Origin: Thermoplasmata archaeon | GTDB lineage: Archaea; Thermoplasmatota; Thermoplasmata; Lutacidiplasmatales; UBA184 | Assembly: GCA_030040625.1 (NCBI GenBank) | Contig: JASHTI010000159.1 | Coordinates: 1 to 40,996, forward strand | Direction of reading: 5' to 3' | Length of the DNA: 40,996 bases | Part shown: one piece after another, positions 9,916 through 18,460 of the stretch | How positions within the stretch are numbered: the first letter of the stretch is position 1 | Layout: every line of letters begins with the position of its first letter | The notes under the pieces: model-generated | The model's database searches: none | What the model was told of the DNA's origin: nothing | Seen by the model: the letters and a program-made list of their open reading frames with translations, nothing else | Program-made: the position numbers and the translations under genes

Positions 9916-11286
9916 GTGGCCGCGGAGGGAACGCCGAGGTACCGTGCCGTACTTGGCCACGAGTCGGTCCCCGCCTTCGTCCTCGCCGGCGCGCTCCAGT
10001 TCGCGGCGCCCGCCACGGCCCTCGTGATCCTTCTCTTCGCCGTCCCGGGAGCCTACGCGGGGACCGCCCACGCGCGGGACGGGGCGATCGCCCTTGCGCT
10101 GCTCGGCCTCGCCTCCGCCTTGCCGACGCTGGCGAGCGCGTTCTTCTCCGGCCCGCTCGCCGACCGCCACGACCGCCACCTCCTGCTCCGGATCGCCAAT
10201 CTCGTCTCGATCCTCGCGACGGCGGGGCTCGCGCTGGACCTCTACGCCCGCCCGTCCGGCGACCTCCGGCTCCCGCTCGCGCCCTCGTTCTACCTGCCGG
10301 TCTGGCTGGTGCTCGCCTACCCGGCGTGGGCCCTGCTGATCTCCTCGGCCACGATCTTCCGCCCGGCGTACAACGCGTCGATCCCGCGCCTCGTGCCGAC
10401 CGCGGAGCTCGGGGTCGCCAACGGGCTCGTCTACGCGATCGCCGCGGGCACCAGCGCGGCGGCCTCCCTCCTGGTCGGGGTCGTGCTCGACGTCGGGCCC
10501 ACCGTCTACGCCCTCGCGGTCCCGTTCCTCCTCTTCCTCGGGACGCAGGTCGCGCTCGCCGGGGTCCGCGCCGATCTGAGCGCCCCGCGGCCCCGGCCGG
10601 CGCGCCGGATACTTCCGGCCGTCCGGGAGGGGTTCGCCTACCTCTACCGCCGGCGCGACCTGTTCGAGCTGACGATCTGCGCCCTGGTGGTGAACCTCCT
10701 CACGGCGCTGGCGTTCGTCGAGCTCGGCTTCTACGTCCGCTTCTGGCTGGATCTTTCGAACGGGTTCTGGTACGGCGCGATGATCGCCACCTCCACCGCC
10801 GGCGCGGGCGTCGGGATGCTCGCCATCGCCCATGCCCGCTTCGAGCCGCGGGCCGGCCGTGTCGTGATCGCGCTCGTCCTGCTCATGGGCACGACGGTCG
10901 TCGGGCTCGGCTTCGTCCGCACGATCTGGCTCGCGCTGCCGATCGTCTTCGCCTACGGCCTTCTCCCGGGGATGGTCCAGACGGTCTTCCTCTCCAGTGC
11001 GCAGGCCACGGTTCCGAACGAGATCCTCGGGCGCGTCTTCTCCGCCGACGAGGTCGGCAGCTACGCGCTCGTGCCCGTCGGCCAGGCGACCGGCGGGGCG
11101 CTCACCTACGCGATCGGCGTCCAGGGGACGTACCTGACCGCCGGTTTCTCGATCGTCGGCCTCGGGCTCGTGATGGCGACGGGGTTCGGTGCCCTCAAGG
11201 AGCTGGGCTTCGAGCCGGAGGCGCCCCCGGCGCCGGCGGCCGCCGCGCCGACCCCGCCCCCGGTGCCGCGTCGGCCGTCGGACTGA
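9916..11286 (+). CDS. MFS transporter (MFS_3-like)
   Basis: GPLADRHDR motif A, IFRPAYNASIPRLV, QATVPNEILGRVFS; start inferred at GTG 9916 to avoid overlap with pelota. Confidence 0.85.
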   Translation: MAAEGTPRYRAVLGHESVPAFVLAGALQFAAPATALVILLFAVPGAYAGTAHARDGAIALALLGLASALPTLASAFFSGPLADRHDRHLLLRIANLVSILATAGLALDLYARPSGDLRLPLAPSFYLPVWLVLAYPAWALLISSATIFRPAYNASIPRLVPTAELGVANGLVYAIAAGTSAAASLLVGVVLDVGPTVYALAVPFLLFLGTQVALAGVRADLSAPRPRPARRILPAVREGFAYLYRRRDLFELTICALVVNLLTALAFVELGFYVRFWLDLSNGFWYGAMIATSTAGAGVGMLAIAHARFEPRAGRVVIALVLLMGTTVVGLGFVRTIWLALPIVFAYGLLPGMVQTVFLSSAQATVPNEILGRVFSADEVGSYALVPVGQATGGALTYAIGVQGTYLTAGFSIVGLGLVMATGFGALKELGFEPEAPPAPAAAAPTPPPVPRRPSD

Positions 11287-12217
11287 CCGGGATGCGCTCG
11301 GCCCGGTACCAGTCCTGGCTCGGGCCGAGCGTGCGGACGAACCCGAGCCGCTCGTAGAGGCGGACCGCCCGTCGGTTCCCTTCCGTCACGTTCAGGTAGA
11401 TCGGCCCGTCGCCGTGCGCGCGCAGCCCCTCGATCGACTCGGTGAGGAGGCGGGCGCCGATCCCGCGTCCCTGCGCCTCGGGGTCGACCATCACCTGGGC
11501 GATCAGGACCCCCTCGGCGCCGCGCACCGTGAGGACGGCGCCGCCCAGTCGGCCGTCCGGGAGCGCGACCCGCGAGCCGTCCGCGACGAACGCCCCCCAG
11601 CGACCCTCGAGGATCTGTCGGACCTCCCGGCGGGAATCCTCGACGCGGTCCTCCTGCTCGAGGAAGAGGTAACCGTCGAAGTGGTCCCGGTAGGTCCGGT
11701 GGTGCAGCGCGCCCAGCTCGGCGCGGTCCTCCGGGCGGACCGGCCGCGTCTCCACGCCGGGCGGCGCCGGACGCCGGCCGAGCTTGGCCGACGGGTCGAG
11801 CGTCATCTCGCTACGCGCGAACGGTCGGAAGCCGCGGGCTTCGAGGAGCTGGCGCTCCTCGCCGAGGGAGAGGCCCGGAACCGGGCCGTAGAGGAACAGC
11901 GCCGGCCCGATCTCCCGCTCGGCGCGGTCCAGTAGCTCCCCGTACCCCGCGACCGAGGCGTGCGGAGGCTCCAGCACCAGGAGGTCGACGGTCGGCCCGA
12001 GCGGGTTGCCGGAGCTCCAGCCGACCAGTCCGACCGGACGCCCTTCGGCGAAGTAGAGTCGCATCGGACGGTTGGTCGATCCGAGCTGCTCCTGCAGGAG
12101 CGCACGGCGCGACTCCGGCACCCCGTAGTTCGCCAGCCGGTTCGTGACGACCCTCTGCAGGAGCCGGCGGCACGCCTCCGGGTCCCGGTCCACGGGCTGG
12201 AGCTGGGGGTACGCCAC
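11195..12217 (-). CDS. GNAT family N-acetyltransferase
   Basis: VMVDPEAQGRGIGARLL and LNVTEGNRRAVRLYERLGF; N-terminal half looks like a second degenerate GNAT domain. Confidence 0.88.
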   Translation of the reverse strand: MAYPQLQPVDRDPEACRRLLQRVVTNRLANYGVPESRRALLQEQLGSTNRPMRLYFAEGRPVGLVGWSSGNPLGPTVDLLVLEPPHASVAGYGELLDRAEREIGPALFLYGPVPGLSLGEERQLLEARGFRPFARSEMTLDPSAKLGRRPAPPGVETRPVRPEDRAELGALHHRTYRDHFDGYLFLEQEDRVEDSRREVRQILEGRWGAFVADGSRVALPDGRLGGAVLTVRGAEGVLIAQVMVDPEAQGRGIGARLLTESIEGLRAHGDGPIYLNVTEGNRRAVRLYERLGFVRTLGPSQDWYRAERIPVSPTADAAPGAGSARRPPAPGAPPARSPAP

Positions 12218-12320
12218 GGACGGTCACCGCGGGGCCTCAGATAACGACCCAGCGTGTCGCGGCCGACCCCGCAGCGCTTGATAGGACGCGTGACGTCGAC
12301 CGGTGCGGAGGTACGGTTCG

Positions 12321-13952
12321 ATGGCATCGTTGGCGGAGCTGGCAGGTCGGCTGGGCCTCGGCCCGGAGGAGTACGCCGCAGCGGGAGCGGGGGCGGCGAA
12401 GGTCGCGGTCCGATCGGTTCGTGAGCGCGCGGCCTCCGGCCGGCGCGGCAAACTGGTCCTGGTGACCGCGATGACCCCGACGCGCCACGGCGAGGGGAAG
12501 ACCGTGACCACGATCGGGCTGGCCGATGGCCTCAGCCGGTGCGGGGTCCGCTCGACCGCCTGCCTGCGACAACCGTCCCTCGGTCCGGTCTTCGGGATCA
12601 AGGGCGGCGCGACCGGTGGAGGGCGGGCGACGGTCGAGCCCGCGACCGAGATCAACCTAGGGTTCACCGGCGACATCTACGCCGTGGGGGCCGCCCACAA
12701 TCTCCTGGCGGCGCTCGCCGACAACCACCTCTTCCACGGCAACCCGCTCGGGCTGGATCCGAGCCGCTACCTCTGGAACCGCACGCTGGATGCCGAGGAC
12801 CGGGCGCTGCGGCACCTCCTGATCGGCGACGGCGTGCCGAAGCAGGTCCCCTACCGGAGCTCCTTCCTGATCACCGCCGCCTCCGAGGTGATGGCGATCC
12901 TGGCCCTGGCGCGCGACTACGACGATCTCCGGACCCGCCTCGGGCGGATCCTGGTCGGCTACGGTCGGGAGGACCGACCGATCCGGGCGAAGGAGCTCGG
13001 CGCGTCCGGGGCGATGGCGGCGCTCCTGCGACACGCGCTCGAGCCGAACCTCGTCCAGACCGCGGGGGGAACGCCCGCTCTCGTCCACGCCGGTCCGTTC
13101 GGGAACCTCGCGCACGGCACCTGCAGTCGCTTGGCGATCGAGCTCGGGCTCGCGACCAGCGACTACGCGGTCGTCGAGGCGGGGTTCGCCACGGAGCTCG
13201 GCGCCGAGAAGTTCGTGGACATCGTCACGCCGGCGATCGGCGTCGATGTCGACGCGGCCGTGCTCGTCGTCACCCAGCGGGGGCTGCGCGTCCAGGGCGG
13301 CGCTTCCGACGTCGAGTCGGCCCATCCGGCCCCCGAGGCGCTGCGCCGGGGGCTCGAGAACCTGGAGAAGCACCTGGAGAACCTGGAGGCCCTCGGGGCG
13401 GCGACGACCGTCGCCTTGAACCGGTTCCCGGGCGACTCGACCGAGGAGTCCGAGGCCGTCCGTGGGCTGTGCTCCCGCCGGGGCGTCGTCGCCGTGGATG
13501 CCCGGGGCTTTGGCGAGGGAGGCGCCGGCATGGAGGAGCTCGCCCGGGCGGTGATGCGGTCCGCGGCGGAGGGCCGGCGCACCCGGCCGCTGTATCCGCC
13601 CGGCACCCCGCTGGTGCGGCAGGTCGAGATCGTCGCCACGCGCCTCTACGGGGCGGACGGCGCCGATGAGCGGCCCGAGGCGGTCGAGGGTCGGACTCAC
13701 CTCGAGTCGATCGGGGAGGCCGAGGGGCCGGTCTGCCTCGCCAAGACGCCCCTCTCGCTCTCCGACGACCCCAAGCGGCTCAATCGCCCCCGAGATTTCC
13801 GCGTCGCCGTGCACCGGTACTCGCGTTCGGCCGGCGCCGGGTTCACCGTCGCCTACCTCGGCGACATCGAGACGATGCCGGGCCTCCCGACGCGGCCCGC
13901 CGCTGAGGCGATCGACCTGACGGCCGAGGGAGCGGTCACCGGCGCGTACTAG
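12321..13952 (+). CDS. fhs: Formate--tetrahydrofolate ligase
   Basis: LVLVTAMTPTRHGEGKT, LRQPSLGPVFGIKGGATGGG, AASEVMAIL, HAGPFGNLAHG, LGAEKF, TMPGLP. Confidence 0.95.
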   Translation: MASLAELAGRLGLGPEEYAAAGAGAAKVAVRSVRERAASGRRGKLVLVTAMTPTRHGEGKTVTTIGLADGLSRCGVRSTACLRQPSLGPVFGIKGGATGGGRATVEPATEINLGFTGDIYAVGAAHNLLAALADNHLFHGNPLGLDPSRYLWNRTLDAEDRALRHLLIGDGVPKQVPYRSSFLITAASEVMAILALARDYDDLRTRLGRILVGYGREDRPIRAKELGASGAMAALLRHALEPNLVQTAGGTPALVHAGPFGNLAHGTCSRLAIELGLATSDYAVVEAGFATELGAEKFVDIVTPAIGVDVDAAVLVVTQRGLRVQGGASDVESAHPAPEALRRGLENLEKHLENLEALGAATTVALNRFPGDSTEESEAVRGLCSRRGVVAVDARGFGEGGAGMEELARAVMRSAAEGRRTRPLYPPGTPLVRQVEIVATRLYGADGADERPEAVEGRTHLESIGEAEGPVCLAKTPLSLSDDPKRLNRPRDFRVAVHRYSRSAGAGFTVAYLGDIETMPGLPTRPAAEAIDLTAEGAVTGAY

Positions 13953-14095
13953 GGCGGTCGCCGCCGCGACCCGGACCGGACGCCCCCCCCGGCGGACGCT
14001 CGGGGGACCGCCGCCGGCGGGGAATGCTAAAGGGCCGAGCTTGGCTACGCACCGGCCGGCGTTTCGAGGGGCGCGTGAGCCAGCCGCGGGCGTTC

Positions 14096-15076
14096 ATGGA
14101 TGGTCCCGACAACGACCGCGTCGAGGGCTCTCCTCGACCTCGGCGGCACCGTTTCGCGCGCGGGAAGGCACCGAACCCCCTGCTCCCGGTACTGGTCGGT
14201 GCGGCGGTCGCGGGGCTGGTGGTGTTCGGGGCCGGTCCGGGCGGCTTCCTGCTGCCCCGGGCGACGAGCTGCACCCTCGGGGTCCTCGTCGGGACCTACG
14301 AGATCTACACCGTCCTGACCCCGATGAACAAGCCCACGGGCGTCGACGTCGGCACCGTAGCCGCGACCGGCGGACTCAACTTCACGTTCACCTCGGGGTC
14401 GCTGACCGTCGGCGGTCTGAGAATCGGACCCGGCACGGCCGGGTGGGGGGATTATAGCCCCCATGGCGGCATCTCGGCGATGGGCGCCGAGGAGAACTGG
14501 TCCGTCTACGCGGTCCGGAACACCACTCGGCTCGGCGGGATCGCCGCGCCCTGCACGCAGGCGTACGTCGCCGAGATCACGCCCGGTTCCATTCCCACAT
14601 GCTCGGGGTTTCTGACCCTCCCGCTGGCGGACAACGACTCCGATACGATGGAACCGCACGTCTGGGATGGGACCGGGAACGACACAGGAGCCGGCAATGG
14701 AACCTACTGGTGGGGCTACGGATGCTCCGCGGCCACTCCCGGCGCCCGCTACTGGTTCGACACTTCGTTCCACACCGGTTCGGCCGCTTCGGCGCCCGCC
14801 GTGACCTGGAACCTCTGCGGGCATCCGGGTCGCTATCCGCTCGTCGTCTCGGGCCCGGTCCGCGTCCCGATCGTGGTCACGGTTCCCTCTTCGGGAGGTC
14901 CCCTCTCCGCTCACGGCTTCATGAGCTGGGATGCGGGCCCGGGATCGTCGACGGCGAACTACTCGTTGCCCGGGGGGTGGATCTGGCAGTTGGCGCCGGT
15001 CGGGCCGGTGTCGACCCCCTGGAACCTGCCGGGTCCGCTATCCGCTACGGTGGCGTTCGAAAGGGCGAGCTGCTAG
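14096..15076 (+). CDS. Membrane-anchored/secreted hypothetical protein
   Basis: Basic N-terminus, one hydrophobic helix, then a G/T/S/W-rich domain with NxT/S sequons and six Cys; start uncertain (14024 or 14096). Confidence 0.65.
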   Translation: MDGPDNDRVEGSPRPRRHRFARGKAPNPLLPVLVGAAVAGLVVFGAGPGGFLLPRATSCTLGVLVGTYEIYTVLTPMNKPTGVDVGTVAATGGLNFTFTSGSLTVGGLRIGPGTAGWGDYSPHGGISAMGAEENWSVYAVRNTTRLGGIAAPCTQAYVAEITPGSIPTCSGFLTLPLADNDSDTMEPHVWDGTGNDTGAGNGTYWWGYGCSAATPGARYWFDTSFHTGSAASAPAVTWNLCGHPGRYPLVVSGPVRVPIVVTVPSSGGPLSAHGFMSWDAGPGSSTANYSLPGGWIWQLAPVGPVSTPWNLPGPLSATVAFERASC

Positions 15077-15448
15077 CCCCTGGCGCACGCCGCAGGAGCG
15101 GGTCCGGCGGACCCCGCTCGTCCGACGCTCGGGTCCCGGGTCCGGCGGGGGACCAGCGCCTCGGGTCCCGTACTAGTCCGGGCCATGCGGGCCCGGGCTC
15201 GACCCGGATGCCCCTCATGTACCGGCTCGACTTCGCTGTTCCGGTCCGCAAGGATCGCCGGGCAGGACCCGGAACGGAGTAGCCCCTGTCCGGCGCACAC
15301 CACATCCAGCGGTGCGCGCGGCGCTCCGTCTCCCCCTGCCCGCGCTAGGCGCGTCCAAGAACGAGTCCTTCACGTCCCGACTTTGGACGGCCACGACGGT
15401 CGGACGCCGAGGTCCCGAATCCTGAACAGAACCAGCGCCTCGCCGGGT

Positions 15449-15455
15449 CTATATA
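15449..15455 (+). promoter_or_regulatory. Putative TATA box of the RHH-ftsZ operon
   Basis: CTATATA about 55 nt upstream of ATG 15511. Confidence 0.55.
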
Positions 15456-15477
15456 CCGGAGAAGCGATATGTCATCT

Positions 15478-15506
15478 GTCAGACAAAACTGACCATATTG
15501 TCTGAC
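15478..15506. promoter_or_regulatory. Inverted repeat, putative RHH operator
   Basis: Perfect 9-bp inverted repeat GTCAGACAA-N11-TTGTCTGAC between the TATA box and the start codon. Confidence 0.6.
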
Positions 15507-15510
15507 GGCC

Positions 15511-15876
15511 ATGGTCGATACCTCCGAGCGCGTGACCGTCCGCATCCCCGAGGAGCTCCTGGAGAAGCTCAAGCGGATCCAGGGCGAGCGCAGCACGGGC
15601 ACGATCTCGGACACGATCCGCGAGGGGCTCGAGCAGTACGTCGAGCTCCACCTGCCGCCGCACCACATCCGCAAGGTCGTCGTCGAGCTCTCGCGGCGGG
15701 ACAACAGCCGACTCGAGGAGTTCGTGCGCGAGGGCAACTCGGTGAGCGTGGACGACGCGGTCCGCTCGGCGGTCCGCGAGTACATCCGGAGTCGAATCGA
15801 TCAGCTCGGTCCCTCCTCCCGCCTGCACCGGCGCGAAGCGGACCCGGTCGCGGCGGAGGGCACCCCCCCGCCGTAG
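15511..15876 (+). CDS. Tandem ribbon-helix-helix (CopG/CdrS-like) transcriptional regulator
   Basis: ERVTVRIP..TISDTIREGLEQY and RKVVVEL..SVDDAVRSAVREY form two RHH units; directly upstream of an ftsZ-like gene. Confidence 0.82.
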   Translation: MVDTSERVTVRIPEELLEKLKRIQGERSTGTISDTIREGLEQYVELHLPPHHIRKVVVELSRRDNSRLEEFVREGNSVSVDDAVRSAVREYIRSRIDQLGPSSRLHRREADPVAAEGTPPP

Positions 15877-15889
15877 GGTCGCCACAACG

Positions 15890-16918
15890 ATGGACGACGA
15901 CGGCGGGTCGGCGGAGACGCTCAACGCCTTCGCCCTGTCGCCGTCGATCGCCGTCGTCGGGCTCGGCGGCGCCGGCAGCGAGGCGGTCCAGGACCTGGTC
16001 ACGCTCGGCCTTCCCGGAGCGCGCGCGATCGCGGTGAACACCGACGCGATGCACCTGCAACGGGTCGGGGTCGAGGAGCGGATCCTGCTCGGGCGGCGCG
16101 AGCTGCGAGGCCGAGGCAGCGGCGGCGACCGCGAGGCCGTTCTGCGGGCCGCGGAGGAGAGCCGCGAGGAGATCCTCCGCCGACTGGCCCGGTTCGAGCT
16201 CGTCTTCCTGCTCGCCGGTCTCGGAGGCGGGACCGGCAGCGCGCTCCTGCCGTTCCTCTCGCGAGAACTACGGAGCACCGCCACGCTCCCGGTGCCGGTC
16301 GTCTTCCTGCCGTTCCACCTCGAGCTCGAGGCGAACCCGACTCGGACGGAGAACGTGGAGCGGACGATCGGCGAGCTCGAGGAGCTCGGCGGCCTGCTCC
16401 TGGCGCTCGCCAACGAGAAGCTCCGGCGGTTCGACTCGCTCTCGATCCACCGGGCCTTCGGGGTCCGGAACGCCTACCTCCACGGGCTGGTCGCGAGCCT
16501 CGTCGACATGGTCGACCACCCCTCGCAGCTGAACGTCGATCTCGCCAGCCTGAAGAACCACCTGCGGCAGTCCGGCCTCTCGACGCTCGTCATCGGTGAG
16601 GAACACATCAGCGAGCCCGGGCGCCTGGTCCACCAGGCGCTCGCCGACTCTCTGCTCGACTTCCGCCTGCCGGAGCACCCCTCGGCCCTCGTCCACCTGG
16701 AGGGCGGGACGAACCTCACGCTGCAGACGCTTGACGCCGTCTGGCGCGAGGTTCGGGAGCGGTTCCGCGAGCCCGGTCGCCTCGTCTTCGGCACCCGGAT
16801 CCGACCCGAGCCGCGCGAGGTGATCCGTCTCACCGCGGTGCTCGGCGGCCTCCGACCCCGGACCGTCCGGGAGGCGCTGCGACCGTCGTCGGATCGGCAG
16901 CCTCTGGCCGCGACCTAG
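15890..16918 (+). CDS. ftsZ: Divergent FtsZ/tubulin-superfamily protein
   Basis: VVGLGGAG, AVNTDAMHL, GRGSGGD, tubulin signature LAGLGGGTGS, PF..E, NEKL; T7 loop is NVDLAS. Confidence 0.88.
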   Translation: MDDDGGSAETLNAFALSPSIAVVGLGGAGSEAVQDLVTLGLPGARAIAVNTDAMHLQRVGVEERILLGRRELRGRGSGGDREAVLRAAEESREEILRRLARFELVFLLAGLGGGTGSALLPFLSRELRSTATLPVPVVFLPFHLELEANPTRTENVERTIGELEELGGLLLALANEKLRRFDSLSIHRAFGVRNAYLHGLVASLVDMVDHPSQLNVDLASLKNHLRQSGLSTLVIGEEHISEPGRLVHQALADSLLDFRLPEHPSALVHLEGGTNLTLQTLDAVWREVRERFREPGRLVFGTRIRPEPREVIRLTAVLGGLRPRTVREALRPSSDRQPLAAT

Positions 16919-17541
16919 CGCCCGCCGCGGCCGTCCTTCTCGCCGGCCTCCCGAAGGTCGAGCTCGCGCTGCACCGCATCGATCACCTGACTGGTCCGCA
17001 GGGAGCGGGGGCCCACCGAGAGCCGGGGGACCCCGCTTTCCCCGAGCAGGCGGGCCTCCTCCCCTTCCGGCTCGAACGGGTCGGAGAGGAACCCGCGGAA
17101 CTCCGAGGGGGAGATCGGGTGCCCTCCGATCGGGGAGCCCACCTCGGTCAGCCAGACGGCTCCCGGTTCGCGGAGGAATCCGGCGACGATCGCGAGAGGG
17201 TCGGCCGGGCCGACCTTGAGCCCCGGGGACGCCTCGAAGTCCGAGGGGTAGCGCGCCGCCCCGACCAGCGCGTTCTTCAGCAGGGCCGCCGTCGAACGCT
17301 CGTCCGGATACAGGTGGCGCAGACGGGCCCCGCTGAGCTCGATCCGACGCGCGTTCGGAGGCGGCTCGGCCGCGAAGACGACCGTCATCTCGGTGTCGCG
17401 GCGGAGGTCGTTCGACAGGGTGAAGGCCGTCGAGACGCTCCGGGCGATCTCGTCCATCCGGCCCGCCCCGCCGGCGAGGTCGTTGAGGGTGAACGCCCCG
17501 CTGGGGGGGACCCGGTGGGCGACCAGCAGGAACCGGCGCAC
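16915..17541 (-). CDS. trmY: tRNA (pseudouridine54-N1)-methyltransferase TrmY (SPOUT)
   Basis: MRRFLLVAH..FTLNDLAGGAGRMD, FTLSNDLRRD, LRHLYPDERS, SPG, LSVGP, ELD. Confidence 0.85.
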   Translation of the reverse strand: MRRFLLVAHRVPPSGAFTLNDLAGGAGRMDEIARSVSTAFTLSNDLRRDTEMTVVFAAEPPPNARRIELSGARLRHLYPDERSTAALLKNALVGAARYPSDFEASPGLKVGPADPLAIVAGFLREPGAVWLTEVGSPIGGHPISPSEFRGFLSDPFEPEGEEARLLGESGVPRLSVGPRSLRTSQVIDAVQRELDLREAGEKDGRGGR

Positions 17542-17560
17542 GGCCGGCCGAGCCGGGCGG

Positions 17561-17572
17561 GGGGTTAACCCC
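17561..17572 (-). promoter_or_regulatory. Palindromic TATA-like element upstream of trmY
   Basis: GGGGTTAACCCC centred about 25 nt upstream of GTG 17541. Confidence 0.45.
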
Positions 17573-17584
17573 GCCGGGGGGCGC

Positions 17585-18244
17585 CTACGCCCCGGTCGGG
17601 CCCCGGCGCGGCCTCGAACCGGCCGCCGGCGTAATCGTGGGCCCCTGGCGCCGCTCCAGCCAGATCTCGTCCGCGAGCTCGTGGTAGACGGCGTGGGCGG
17701 CGAGACCCGTGCCGTGCTCGCCGTGCGGGAGGCGGAACGCTCCGGACCGCTGCGCGTTGGGCGAGAAGATGACCTCCTGCTCGCCGGCGGCGGCCATCGC
17801 GTCGGACTCCTGCCGGGCCAGCTCGAAGATGCGGTCCTTGCGGAACATCCAGTAGTGGATCCGCCACTCGCGACCGTCGTAGAGGGTCGTCTCGTCCCGC
17901 TCGGTCTCGAGGATGCCCGTGTCCTCGAGCATGTAGAACGTGTCGCGGTCGTCCGGCTCCAGGACGTTGTCGATGATCCGCTCGTTGAAGCCGAAGAAGT
18001 TCAGCACGTGGGCGGCGATCGACCGGGCGTCCTCCGGACGCATCCCGTCATGGCCGACCGACCGACGGATCGCCTTCGCGAGCGAATCGAAGTCGACCGG
18101 ACCGCTCGGCAGCGCGAGCGCCTCGTCCTCCGGGATGCCCGCGCGGGTCGTTCGAATGTCGGCCTCCGATCGCAGCGGAAGCGGATTCCTCAGCTTGTAA
18201 CCCGGGCCTTCCGGCCGGGTCGGGCGCCCCCCCGTGCCCACCAT
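17585..18244 (-). CDS. DUF6015-like Thermoplasmata protein
   Basis: AHVLNFFGFNERIIDNVLEPDDRDTFYMLEDTGIL..ETTLYDGREWRIHYW; ATG 18244 chosen because TATATATA lies 25 nt upstream. Confidence 0.75.
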   Translation of the reverse strand: MVGTGGRPTRPEGPGYKLRNPLPLRSEADIRTTRAGIPEDEALALPSGPVDFDSLAKAIRRSVGHDGMRPEDARSIAAHVLNFFGFNERIIDNVLEPDDRDTFYMLEDTGILETERDETTLYDGREWRIHYWMFRKDRIFELARQESDAMAAAGEQEVIFSPNAQRSGAFRLPHGEHGTGLAAHAVYHELADEIWLERRQGPTITPAAGSRPRRGPTGA

Positions 18245-18268
18245 GCGGCCAAGTATCTCGATGGTCAC

Positions 18269-18276
18269 TATATATA
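18269..18276 (-). promoter_or_regulatory. TATA box for the DUF6015-like gene
   Basis: TATATATA, 25 nt upstream of ATG 18244. Confidence 0.6.
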
Positions 18277-18460
18277 CATTCGGCGACGGCCTGGATTCTG
18301 GAGCCCCTCCGGTCCCCCGGAACCCCCGTTTCTCTGACGGAGAACCACGGTCCTCGGACCCCCTCCTCCGCGGCGGGCCCGGCGGCGGTGTCGCCGGCGC
18401 CCGCCAGAACGGGGTTCAAATACCACTGAGCCTGTTCGGACGTTCCCCGAGGGACCCCGG

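Noticed and set aside
9807..10016. Upstream extensions given by the ORF track for pelota and the MFS gene (similar cases for the antiporter, Kelch, DUF35 and kdpC ORFs)
   Set aside because: The extensions are low-complexity and overlap neighbouring genes or promoters; family homology begins at the downstream starts I used
15259..15286. SRP RNA helix-8-like motif GGGCAGGACCCGGAACGGAGTAGCCC
   Set aside because: It has AGUA instead of the conserved AGCA, an imperfect apical stem and no recognisable Alu domain; kept only as part of an unassigned structured region
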